Shown: one piece after another, positions 52,701-64,000 of the stretch
How positions within the stretch are numbered: the first letter of the stretch is position 1
Layout of the letters: the number at the start of each line of letters is the position of its first letter
DNA from: Paraspadella gotoi
Taxonomy: Eukaryota > Animalia > Chaetognatha
Direction: 5' to 3'
Assembly: GCA_051294375.1 (NCBI GenBank)
Contig: CM119264.1
Location: 1,876,463 to 1,940,462 of the forward strand
DNA: 64,000 nt
Notes under the pieces: generated by a model
Told to the model about the DNA's origin: nothing
Databases searched by the model: none
Seen by the model: the letters and a program-made list of their open reading frames with translations, nothing else
Program-made: the position numbers and the translations under genes

Positions 52701-55540
52701 AATAAATTTTGTACTAAATTAATATTAAATGTTATTATTATTATTGATAGTTGTTGTAAGAAGGAATAAGGAGAGCCTAGGAGAAGAAAAAGAAAGTGTT
52801 AGAAAAATTTATTTTATATATGTTAAATTTAAAGAAAGAAAGAAAGAAAAAAAGTAAAATATAAATAATTTTTTTAATATTAAAAAAAATACTTATGCCT
52901 TTATACTAATGGAAAAAAAATGTTTTAATTTTTGTCGATCGATCGCCATCTCTTTCTTCTTCTTCACTTCCTTTTTGTCGTGCACTTCTCCATCTCGTTG
53001 CATAAAATTAGAATTGTTTGCGATTGCGAATCTTTTTTTAAAAATATTATTTTAAAAAGAGTTAATAAAAAAGTTCCTTGGTTATATTTTTGAAAAGGCT
53101 GCACCCCTTTTCGTCGACGATTTTAGGGCGGAGCCGTCCCCGATGCGATGGAACCTTCCACGGAAACTCCCCGTAGTAGAGACGATTCCTCACGGGACAC
53201 CATCAACTGGAGCCGCCACCCGCTCATCGCCTGGCCGTCCTCCTCAACCACGATGACCTCTCCGGGTGCCACAACCCGGAGATAGGCCATCGAGCCCACG
53301 CGGCCACTCCCATCAGCAACGGCGGTCGCCGGGCCGGTATGAGACGTCCCGGCGTAGCCCTCCTCGCGACTGAAAGAATAAAGAATCAAACATTTCATTC
53401 CTTTCTCACCTGAAACCATAGACTCAAGNNNNNNNNNNNNNNNNNNNNNNNNNCAGAGAAACCAGACGATAGTACACCTGCCCAAAGACGGATTGTGAAT
53501 TGAGGAAGGCGCCCCTTAGTTCATACCAGCGCCCCCATGCCATGTAAGGCGCTCCCTGGTCGAGAATTTTCCCGAACATCTCCGCCTCCACGAGACGGAG
53601 CAACAAGATCATGTTGGATGGCGCTGCGCCTTGAGCGCCAGCCAAAGATGCCAAAAAGGTGAGGACGCCTCGGATAGAGACGCCCGCCGCCAAGACCGCA
53701 CCGCAGGTGCACGCCATCTCAGGAGTCGGGACTGAAGGCATCGTCTTGATCCTAAAACAACAAATTTTTATTTCTTTTTTTCCATTTTTTTTCAAACGAA
53801 TTAAATAAGCCCAATTATGAGAATCAAAGGGACAAATTTCAAATAGAGGGTGAACAAGTAAGAGCAAACTTTCAAAACGAAAGGAGAAGCAAACTAGTTC
53901 AAAAATTATAACTTAAGAGGGTCAAAAATTAGAAAAAGCTATATTTTAAGTTGGAAATTAACTTTTTATATATTAAATATAGTTTTTTTTTAGAATTTTC
54001 ATATGTAACTTTCACTACGCCTTAGTGCCCACTAAGGCTTAGTAAAAGTTACATACAAAAATTCTAAAAGTCAATTATGAACAACATACCATCAGTGAAC
54101 ATTAATTTGTAAAAAAAATTAATTTTATGTTTTTTTTAATTTTTGACTCGGGGTCGTACTCCTGACCCCCCGGAGAGACCGAGCAAGGAGTCCTCGAGAA
54201 GCGGGCGCCTGGAAGCTCCCTCGTGCTGCAGCGGCGTTTCTGGGAGCCCGAAGTTCCCCGTTAAATTGTCGAGGCGCTTGTAGATCTGAGAGGGTTTGGC
54301 GGAGAGCAAAGGGCCGCCGATGCCGTTGGCCCCGAAACCGCCCGCCATAGCCCCTTCCACCTCGTCCTTGTCGTCGTCATCCTCGTCGTCCTCGGCCGGC
54401 GAAATGTCTTCGAACCCGGCTTCGGGCCAAACTTGGGAGCTGTAAACAAATATTTTTTTCTCTCTTAAATGTTGGACGTCCATAACAACTAAACATTAGA
54501 CCTCCCAGAATTATCCCGCATTTTAGAACAAAAGTTAAATTCGAAAGAAAGAAAGAAATAAGTGAATTCGAAAATAAATTTGAAATAAACCAAAAAAAAT
54601 ATAAGAAAATAACTATGCAAATGTCAGACACATATAGTAAATTTCCACAAAAAAAAATAATAAAATTGAGAAAACAGTAAATAATAATTGCCACCTTTAC
54701 TTACACTGGGCGTTGGAGAGGTTGACGCCCGTCGCCAGCCCGCATGGTGCCGGGTGCGGCAGGTCGCCGACGTAGATCCGGGAAGGCGTCGCCGCCCCGA
54801 CGACTGCCTCGGCGGCGCCGACGAGGACCTGCTCGCCAGGATTAACAATCCGGTAGTAGCGCAGATCTCCCGCCGCCCCCGTTCCGTCCGAGACCGCCGA
54901 GACGGGCCCAGTATAAGTGGAGCCGCCGACGGACTCCATGGTGCTAAAAGAAAGAATTTTTTTTTGATAAAAAAATTTTCGAACTTAAGCAAAATAATAG
55001 TGATAATTAACATATCAAAATAAACAAATAAAACTGATTAACAAATAAAAAATTTTGAGAAAAATAAAAGGGGAAAAAAGAAGAGTAAAGGAAATATCAA
55101 AACGATCACACACCCTGGAAATCAGGGCCTGCACCATCCGGCACAAGGCCCGGGTAGGCCAGGGTCGCGGACCGGATAAGGCCCAAGACGCCGCGGGTAG
55201 ATAAGGCGGGCCCCGTCGGTTATCCCGGCCGAACACTCGGCGTGGATGATCTCCCGAAGGAGATCAAAGTTCTCCAGGAGCGCCCCCGACGGACGGCCGA
55301 GGCTCTCCAGGAAGAAGAGAAGCCCGACGAAAGGGACACAGCAAACAGCCGAAAGGCATGCGCCGGCGCCGCACGGCGCAGCGGCGTACCCGGCTGCCGA
55401 TCGAGAGCCTACAAGGCATGGCTTCCGGTTTCCTTTTCTTCTTCGGTTTGATTTGAAAAAAAAAATTTGTTGGCGAGAGCCGAGAGTAAGAGCGGTTGTG
55501 AAAAGGTAAATAAGCGATGGAAGATCCAAAACGATTTACC
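49730..55540. repeat. About 5.9-kb tandem segmental unit, copy 2
   Basis: Colinear with 42960..48830; differences are largely single-base indels. Confidence 0.9.
53050..53741 (-). CDS. Family A-related gene copy (MPSVPTPEMACTCGAVLAAGVSI..)
   Basis: ATG at 53741; open frame up to the N gap at about 53450. Confidence 0.5.
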
Positions 55541-56089
55541 CACCACTCACAGTCAAGTACTCACCAGTTAAAAGTAAATGAAGTAGAATGCATAAGATAA
55601 TAGTATGAGAAGATAAGCAGAAAAACTCTTACCCTAATCAGATCCGCCCTACCCGCAGCTTGCGAATCAATACGTAGATTACATACGGCTATTTGGAGTG
55701 GATGAGCGGCGAACCTATGATGAAGATGAAAATAAGATCTCTCGATCTCTTCCATAAAACTAAATCTGTTCCTATGACAACCGATAAACACGATGACTAG
55801 AGAAAACGCCATTTGAAATTCGTTGCCTCGCGACGCATAAACATTTAAATAAAAATATACTTTTAATTGATTAACAATAAAAACAAACAATTAACTAGGT
55901 GTTGTTTGTTTATTCCAACTATATATCCCTGTTTACCCTCTCTCAGGGACGAATAAATGTCTAAAACTTTGTTAAGGCTCTAACTAATAAACTGTTTGTA
56001 AATAAACGTCGGCTTAAGCTACTACCAAGCTCCCGACAATATCCACTGAAATAAAAAAAACCAATAAACAAATCTTAACGCGTCTAGAA

Positions 56090-56825
56090 TAAAACTTAAA
56101 CTTTATTTTTTAATGCAACAAATTCTTCCACAAAATATCCAACAAAAATTTGTCAGGGACATTCATATTCACTGGAACTTTGTTTCATCTGTTGATACTG
56201 TGAGAGAAAATTTCAAGCTTTGTTCTTAATAATTTTTATAGAAGGGAACATCAATTTGTAAATAACTAATAATCAAGATATGTTAAATGATGATCAAATA
56301 AAATTCCTTGTAAAGATCTGGAGTTGGAATGGTTAATACCATTCTGGATGAGTACAATTAATTTACTTAAGACTGATGATATTAAGATTGCTTCTAAAAA
56401 ACGTCTTAAACTCGTATAACCTTGAAAGTAGCAAAACAATGTCTAGTTACCCGCAGATTTCACTTTTAAATTTCAGTTTTTCATTTATTGAATTGTAATT
56501 CATAATCCAACCGGTCATGTTTTACATTTTTAAATGGCAAATAATATCATAATTAAAACTTTAACAATATGGATACTGAGTGATTTGTTTTAAATAAAAA
56601 GAGATTGCCAAGCAAATTTGACGCCCCACACTGTTGCTCTCATCAAAACAAAAAACTTTCCAAGGATCCTCCTTTGATTATTTCCGTCGAATTTAGAGCA
56701 AGTTTACAAGCTATTTTCCATCACATAAATTGTTTATGAAGGATGATGCAATTTGTAATCAACTAAACAGATGTTCAAGTATTTCAAAATACAACCTTAT
56801 AAGATCTTTTATAGAGAGAATGATA
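56090..56825 (-). pseudogene. PolB fragment, very noisy copy
   Basis: Contains VEEFVALKNKV and flanking segments. Confidence 0.55.
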
Positions 56826-57379
56826 NNNNNNNNNNNNNNNNNNNNNNNNNNNNNNNNNNNNNNNNNNNNNNNNNNNNNNNNNNNNNNNNNNNNNNNNNNN
56901 NNNNNNNNNNNNNNNNNNNNNNNNNCGCAAATAATTTTAAAATATAAAATCTAACATCGTTTTTAAAAATACACCAACCAAGCAGCACTCTTCTTAGATG
57001 CCTCAAGCATCAGGGTTCCCCGTTGGAGACACCATGTGTAGAGTGGAATGCGTGGAGGGCCCATATCCACATAACCCTCATCAATCTCCATCATGACGAG
57101 GGCTCCGTTGAGTTTCATATTGTCGGTCTTCCCACTGATACTGAAGCGCCGCAAGAAGTACTCCCGAGCTCCAAGCAGTGAGACTCCAACATTTGGAAAC
57201 TCCCTCAAATATTGGACCGATGTTGCCCCGAAGCTGAGAGTAACGATTTGGACAGTGACATCTCCTTTTATCCTAATTTTTCTTTTTGCTAGAGTGCTGT
57301 GAAAATTTATTTCCCATCCACCTTTTCTCTTTTTTTTTTGATTTTCGAAAAATGAATCTTTTTTGTAACTAGAACAAAC

Positions 57380-57790
57380 GACACTTTTATTCATTTTTTC
57401 CTTCATTAATTTATTTATAATCATAATAAAACTTTAACATGACATACTGTAAAATGAAATTTTGGAAACAAAAGAAAAAAGTGTTTATGCCGATGATTTG
57501 TTTAAAATAAAAGATTGCTCAACAATTTTATATCCGAAGTTAGATTCAATTATTTTTTTTTAAAAATCCGAACCTATATTTTCCTTACCTCAATGACGCA
57601 ACTGTTGTCATCAATTCATAACTATTTTTATAGAAGGATCATCCAAGTTGTAATCACTAAAATCAAAATGTTCAATGATATCAAATAAATCATCATAAAG
57701 ATCTGGTTGAATGGTTAACCCATCTGGATAAGTAAACTCAGACAAAAGAATCGGTATTGGTATAAAGGAGAGTTAATTTAATTATAAACT
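57380..57790 (-). pseudogene. PolB fragment retaining a near-canonical catalytic motif (KLTLLYTNTDSF)
   Basis: The minus strand around 57745-57775 reads act ctc ctt tat acc aat acc gat tct ttt. Confidence 0.75.
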
Positions 57791-58045
57791 GAATTAAAGG
57801 AAGGAAAAATTATTAAATTTATATTATTTGACTCATAAAACAATGATCGTAACACCTCGTGCCTATATTTATTGTTACCCAAATATATTGTTTCGTTTCA
57901 AACCGTGTAAATAGCAAAGCAGATAAGCAAAAAATTTAGTCAGAAAACCGATAGGAATCGAGAAAATCGATAAGTACCACGTCGGAATATTTAGAGTACA
58001 AAGCCAGACCAATACACAGATCACATCGATTCTTACCGTAATTCG

Positions 58046-58690
58046 TTAGATCAGTCCTTCAATACCAAATATGCCGCAGATGACCGGGATTTTACTTTCT
58101 ATACCATGAAGCTGTTTGAGATAATGCGCATGTTTGGAGTTTTCCAGCGCCTGGACTTTAGTGAAAAGACGGCAGCAAGAGATACGCGGATGCAGCCAGG
58201 CGGACGAATGCAGATCCCCAGCGAACTTCGATCGCAGCATCCCGTCCCATTCTTCCAGCACCAGGTCTAAATTTATCACCGTTCTGTGCGATCTCAAAAG
58301 CTGCCTCAACCTGGTTTTCTCCCGGGGCGGATCTTGACGATGAGCTTGCTCCTCATCTGCCTACCCGCGCTCCTGTGCGTCCGCTCATACCGATCGATCG
58401 CGCCGTCATCCCAATGCTACGGCATTCCCGACGTCGTTGCAGCACTACCTCATTCCTACGGCAGAAAAACGGGCGTGTCTGCACTTGGTAAATCTTCCGC
58501 GGATGACGGTCCATGAAATCCAGGAGCGTACGGCGCCCACCCGCGCTTGAGAGAAACGCGGCTCGCCGTCGTCCGGGAACCGCCCGAGCAACTACCCCAT
58601 CAGCAGGTGCAGCTGAAGGGTGGAGGCGTCCGGCCAGAACTGCACGCCATCGGCGGCGTACGGGAAAGATTTCATCCAAATAGCGCAAGA
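58046..58690 (-). pseudogene. Family B paralog, frameshifted
   Basis: DRHPRKIYQVQTRPFFCR and LEEWDGMLRSKFAGDLHSSAWLHPR are nearly identical to 41132..42019, with many synonymous nucleotide changes. Confidence 0.7.
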
Positions 58691-59850
58691 CGCGGGGATA
58701 GAGACATTTTTACAATAATAACTACACTCCAATACAAATAATTGCGATATCGCTGGCTCTTAAACCGACCCCTAGTTTTGATAATTTTGGCTGTTTGTTT
58801 AACTGCCAGCACCTAAAAATTGCCTTTGCTTCGTCGAATTGGACGCCGGCCAAATTCAACGTCGGCAAAGAAACGGTATTAGTCGACGTAGCGATGTCAC
58901 CGTTGTCCTTAGATGTAAAGTGTCTTTAGCCAAAGCACAGAAACGCTGCATGTGAGGTAAAAAGTTGGCGGCTCCGACTTTCTGATGTCGCGGCCATAGA
59001 CAGTACTCTATGGGTTGAAATTCACAAGAGCAAAGGCGGTCGTGTATGGAGCAGTACCTAATAGGGGTTAATATTGGAAACTAATGGCATAATATAACAA
59101 ATTTACCCACAGAAATCAACAATGTCAGAAATTAATCAATATACTTAGCCTTACTCTTCCTCGTACAAAGCCATGTCTCTAAAGCGCGCCTTTTTTTGCC
59201 AGCGGGCTGTTGGTATACGAAAAGCGTCTCCATACTCGTGTCGTGTCTGAGGTTTCCCACTGGGAGCTACAAAATCTCAATCGGCCAGCGACTTAAGAAT
59301 GACCTTAAGTCGTGTCTTTTTGGAAGACGAGCCCAATAAAGGTGGAAATTCTCAGGAAACATGTACCATTTTAATCGCCGGCAAGAGTATCGATCTCGAA
59401 CCTCCGATGAAAATTCAACATGGATAAACATTTAAAAAAAAAATTGTAAATATAAAAAGCGACTTAATATTTCAGAAAATAAACATACATTTGATGCTCG
59501 TCGTCGTCCAAGAATGCCGACTTCTGCCCACGTAAATGTCAAATCGCTGGAACTGTGGTACTATTCGTTGGTCGCCCATCTGTGAATATCCCCGACCATG
59601 TACTTGAACGTGTTGAGTCATTCGACAAATTTTATCATAACTGCCATAAAGGAGTGCATTTTCTGAAAATCTACTCATTTTAATGTTTTTAAACTTTTTT
59701 TTAAAATTTTTTTATTTTAACGCTGAAACCTGGACCGAATAAAAATAAATATAACAAAACACAAACATATTAACACAATAATACATCGAGTTAAAGTTAG
59801 AAATTTGTATTTGTGTAAATCTATATAGATATCCACTTGTGTATATGGAT

Positions 59851-60750
59851 CTATTTATAAACACCGAACGGAAATAGGTCAATATGAGGTTGTCTATATG
59901 GACAGGGCATCCCATTCTTACATGAAGCCGCAATGAAGGCACGATAGTCTTTTAGTGAGAAATCGCCATTCTCCTTAGCCACGTAATGTGCGTCAGCCCG
60001 AACGTCCCACCAGTAGATAATTTCGACGGCTTCGTGGAACTTGACGTCCGCGAGCATGAGGGTGCGCATACTGAGATTGGTTGTAATCAAATCGCCCGCC
60101 AACTGACTATGTAAGTTGTCTTTTGCGAAGGTTTGCAGGCGTGTCTCGTCTATGAAAAACCTCGTCTCTTCTTTGCTCTCTGGTATAATATTCACGGAAA
60201 TAAATTCGAGGAACGCAATGCGCTTGGACGAGTGCCTGCAAAAGTATTTGTTAATATACTTTTAAAATAATAGTAGTCGCCTCGCCGATGCGCCTAACCG
60301 ATGCTCAAGGCTGGAATCTACAATGGCACTGTCGTCCCACGTCCAGTTTTTTTGATTTTCCGGCCGCCTCTTGCGCAGACAAAGGGATCTCATCTGCCGA
60401 TCGCCGAATTTGCGCCCGACTTGGAGCCGAAGGATGTCGAGTGGGAATTTGCCCGCGAATATCCTGCGAAATTGTTCTTCTGGGATGGCGATCTTATAGA
60501 ATTCCCAATATTTGTTGTGTTTGCCCGCAAATCGGGCCCACCTTTTAGATCTTGCCTCAAAACTACAATATTAATTGAATAATTAAAATATTGTTTTAAT
60601 GTTAAAGAAATTCAGTCTTCTAGACCGACCCGTCCAGACCTGGATTTTGAACGGACAAGACCACCCGGTCCATCCTTTTTCCCAGCCCTTATCATTGATT
60701 GCGTTATTTCTTATGAGCCCCTTGCACGCTACAATCTTATCCCACACGTA
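59851..60750 (-). CDS. Divergent, intron-containing family B member
   Basis: The exon at ~60299..60561 gives ..RSLCLRKRRPENQKNWTWDDSAIVD... A 63-bp phase-2 intron (60236..60298, gttagg..tgcag) joins it in frame to ..DNLHSQLAGDLITTNLSMRTLML.. Confidence 0.55.
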
Positions 60751-61629
60751 TTGCGTTAGTTAATTCCCTTTTTACTTTCTCCCATTTTCCTTCTTTTTCT
60801 CAATACAATTTTAAAGTTCGACTGGTTTTAAAGTTGTTAGTTTTTGATATTTGCTTTATTCGATAAACTGTAAAACATAGTCAATTCTTTCCATAATATT
60901 TAATACTAATTATTAACATTATACAAATTGAACAAATGCTTAATTCGAATCATGACTCAGATCCGGAAAAAAAAATTGAGCAACAAAAAAAATGTCACGA
61001 AATGAAAATCGGATCTGGGTGGACCGCGGTCCTTCGGCAAATTTGACCATTCAGAGTTTCGGAAGTTCAAATTAAGCATCTCCATTTGCTAACGCCGTTT
61101 TTGGTGCACCAAAAAAATCGATCGAGTGCCGTTTGAACAAAAAAATAAACACAATGAAAAACTAAAAGAAACATTTCATTGGTCCAACGCCCCTATATAA
61201 GGACGTTATTTTTTAGGTTACTTTATTTTCAAAACACGGCTTCATTCCTGGCGTCGACATGGCATGCTATCAAAATTGCGCTTTTTCTCTCTGCTTTGGT
61301 CTCTGTTCGTGGGCAGTTTTGTTTTTTCGTCCTCGTTGATTACGACTACGGAATTGGATTTGTCCATGGTGATACCCGCCTTCGGAAATGCCAAAAAGGA
61401 AAACAACCAGGACCAAAAAAACGACTACGAACTGACAACGGACTGAAGGACAACCTCGATCGATTTCGACTGCTTCTCGAACAAGGGTCCTGTGCCGAGC
61501 CGAAGGGACTGACGCCAAAAACCCGAAATCAGAGAGAAATCAGAGAGAATACGTCCAGTTCGGTTTCCCAGTGTTTTTGATCGGACGAAAAACCTGTAGC
61601 CTGACATTCAACTTGAGACGTTTCACGCC

Positions 61630-61910
61630 GAGTGGCTAAGCCGAAGGCGGCAGTCGCTCAGGAAAAGCGGAAGAATGGAAGGATTTGGCTGGCGGAACCA
61701 ACCTGAGGCTTGTCCCCGGACAAACCTGTTAGCGCGATCCGGACATTTTTTCCCCCGAAGGTGGCTGAGCCGAAGGGTGCAGTCGCTCCGGAACGGAAGA
61801 AAGGGCGAAGGATTCGGCTGCGGTAAGAACCTGCAGCGTACCCAGGACGTACGAGGAGGCAATTGGTCTGGCCCTGCTCTCGCATCAGGAATGGCTGAGC
61901 CGAAGGGTGA
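61630..61910. repeat. About 130-bp degenerate direct repeats (2 full copies plus a partial one)
   Basis: ggct(a/g)agccgaagg at about 61633, 61763 and 61893; downstream cagtcgctc..ggaaga..aaggatt..ggctg..aacctg is shared by the first two. Confidence 0.7.
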
Positions 61911-62735
61911 GCTGACACTCGTGGTGAGAAGCAAAAAAGATTCGAATTCCTATACCACAAAAGGACCACAACTACCACGTCTACCACTTACCGACAGAAC
62001 AACGACAACCGGCGAAACCCACAAGAGCAAAGGACAAGGAGGCAATTTCCGAAGGCCGGTTCTAGCCCTGAAAACGATACGGATAAAGATCGCGGAAATC
62101 GGCATGTCGACTCCACAGATTGATCGACCTTGTCTATCGCCGGTTCTGGCACCCAATCCGGAGGCCGTGTTGGCGTTCCTGATCGGCTTCGGGTGTTAAG
62201 CTGTGTGAAATTGAGGACACACGAGGGCGAAGGTTACTCATACAGTGATGAAAACTGCTCTGGGCAGCTATCGTAAGCTAGCATCCTTTTAAGTAGGCTC
62301 GTATTCTGCCCAGTATCGCTTGCGCGTCTCGAGGGATCCAAGGAGCCGAACGCACTGGGCACAGGTAGTTGTATGCCTGTCTTTTGGCCTCGTCCACGAG
62401 CCACAACGTGCTTTTTAAAGGCAACTTAGCCCCAACGGCCCTTTTCGGGCTACCAAATATGTGTCAAAAGAAAGATCTGTCATCATAATAATTTTTTTTT
62501 TCGAATCTCAAATGACTGATCTATTAGATAGGGTTTTTAGGAAAAAAATATCGAATTGATATAGATCGTCTGTTCCTGAAGAATTATTGCATAGGACTTC
62601 CAATAACTTTCAGCTTTAATTTCGCATTAATAATTAAAACACTACTTTTGTATAAAGCCAAAAATCAATAATTATTTTTAATTATAAAATCAAAGCAAGC
62701 AAAAAATACTAAACTAAAAGTCACAAATTCGTAAT

Positions 62736-63539
62736 CTAGACAAGTTTGTCCAGCGTGGCAACTTGCCGTTCCAATGTCTGGGCATAGTACTGCAAATTGA
62801 CCACTTCCTTCCTGAAAAAGTAATACGAAAAGGTTGAATAATAAGTCTATTCGAGTAAAAATATATAGTTGGTAAACAATTATCATAAGTAAATTATTTC
62901 GGGCTAAATTTTACTTTCATCGAACGCAATTTTGGCGACTTTTAAAAAAGTACTAAAAAAATATTTTTTTAACAAAAAAATTTTTAAAAAATATTACTCA
63001 ATTACCGGTCGGCCAAAGTAAAAGTAACCAATATTTCATCGTATTCAACAAGACTCACCACAGTTGGTCCAGCGCTGTCTCGTGATATTCCTCTCCAAGA
63101 AGCCTTCGTCGGCTCCGCCGGGCAACGATGTCGTTTTCTCTGCGCATTGAAAATTGAAAATTTAAATTTAAAACCAAAGTAACCTTTAATCAATTAAAAA
63201 AATCTAAATCTATAATTCTTTTACCTCACTGGTTCCAGTAATGTTTTCCATTGCTGGATATCCGGCAAATTTGACCTTAGCCGCGATCGCTCCTTGCGTC
63301 TGTAAAACGTCAATTAAGAAATAATTTTAAAAATGACAAAATAAATAACTAACGTAAAGATTGACCTGTTATAGCACAAACAATTGATTTAATACCAAAT
63401 TGGTGACACTTACAGTGTGTTTTTCAGCTTTGCCTTTTCGTTCATTATCGAAGTGGCTCCCACTTCCTCCCCATGACTTGCTCGACATCTCGCGCGAACG
63501 AATTCTGACCATAATTGTATAGTAGGCTTTAGACGAACC
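62736..63539 (-). CDS. Family C small coiled-coil protein, 5'-partial; exons 63414..63539, 63225..63299, 63059..63139, 62736..62811
   Basis: Three consecutive phase-2 GT-AG introns give an uninterrupted frame: VRLKPTIQLWSEFVRARCRASHGEEVGATSIMNEKAKLKNTLRKERSRLRSNLPDIQQWKTLLEPVRENDIVARRSRRRLLGEEYHETALDQLWKEVVNLQYYAQTLERQVATLDKLV*. Confidence 0.75.
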
Positions 63540-64000
63540 CTAGTAAGAAAAATTAGCAAATTATATTATTACATCCTTAAAAAGAAGGAAAATTGTCGTC
63601 GTTTAAATCGAAAACACCAAAGAAAAAAGGAAAAAACGAAAAAAAACGTCGCAAAACGTCGCAGAAAAAAATTACAAGATGAAAGACAACAAAAAAAAAC
63701 TTTCGTCGACGAGAGAGATTGAGATGATTCCAGCGAAGAATATAGAAAGTTGTGAATTATTAATACATTAAAAAAGACGAAAATAGTTCGCGTTCAAATC
63801 GTAAAAAAAAAAGAAAATAGTGGTCAAAAACAGAAAACGTACGAAAAAAGAACGGCGAAAAAAAATACCAGAGAGAAAAAAAAAAAAAAATTCGCGACGA
63901 GGAGAGAGTGAGAGATTCACACGCAGAAGGATATTAGAAAGTTGTGAATGTGAGAATAATGGTGACCCAAAGGACGAATCTCCCGAGCACGCCGTCGTCG

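Noticed and set aside
59472-59678. GIY-YIG nuclease or Helitron Rep (DIYVGRS, HVQVHGRG)
   Set aside because: Only isolated short matches; the other required motifs were not found
24418-64000. Intact Polinton with TIRs, integrase, ATPase, protease and capsid
   Set aside because: None of these genes or termini could be recognised; only the 3' part of PolB is present, with stops and frameshifts

Overview
AT-rich eukaryotic genomic DNA, most likely from an invertebrate animal. It has short GT-AG introns, (GA)n/(GAC)n microsatellites, several N gaps and indel-rich stretches that look like unpolished long reads. The first 24 kb holds host-type genes: an acidic two-exon protein with RVxF motifs; an XK-related membrane protein gene with a Tc1 remnant in an intron; a three-exon secreted peptide precursor with one Cys pair, bracketed by inverted repeats; and a signal-Ig-TM-TIR (IL-1R-like) receptor. 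It also holds Penelope-type minimal hammerhead cores and a tRNA-derived repeat. From about 24.4 kb to 64 kb is a tandemly rearranged island. About ten decayed fragments of a Polinton/Maverick-type protein-primed DNA polymerase B are interleaved there with several multi-copy gene families I do not recognise (motifs WxWDDSAI/AGDL, ETALDQLW and MPSxxTPEM). One polymerase segment is amplified into a 79-bp minisatellite. No capsid, integrase, ATPase or element termini were recognised. All family assignments come from motif reading by eye, not from database searches.
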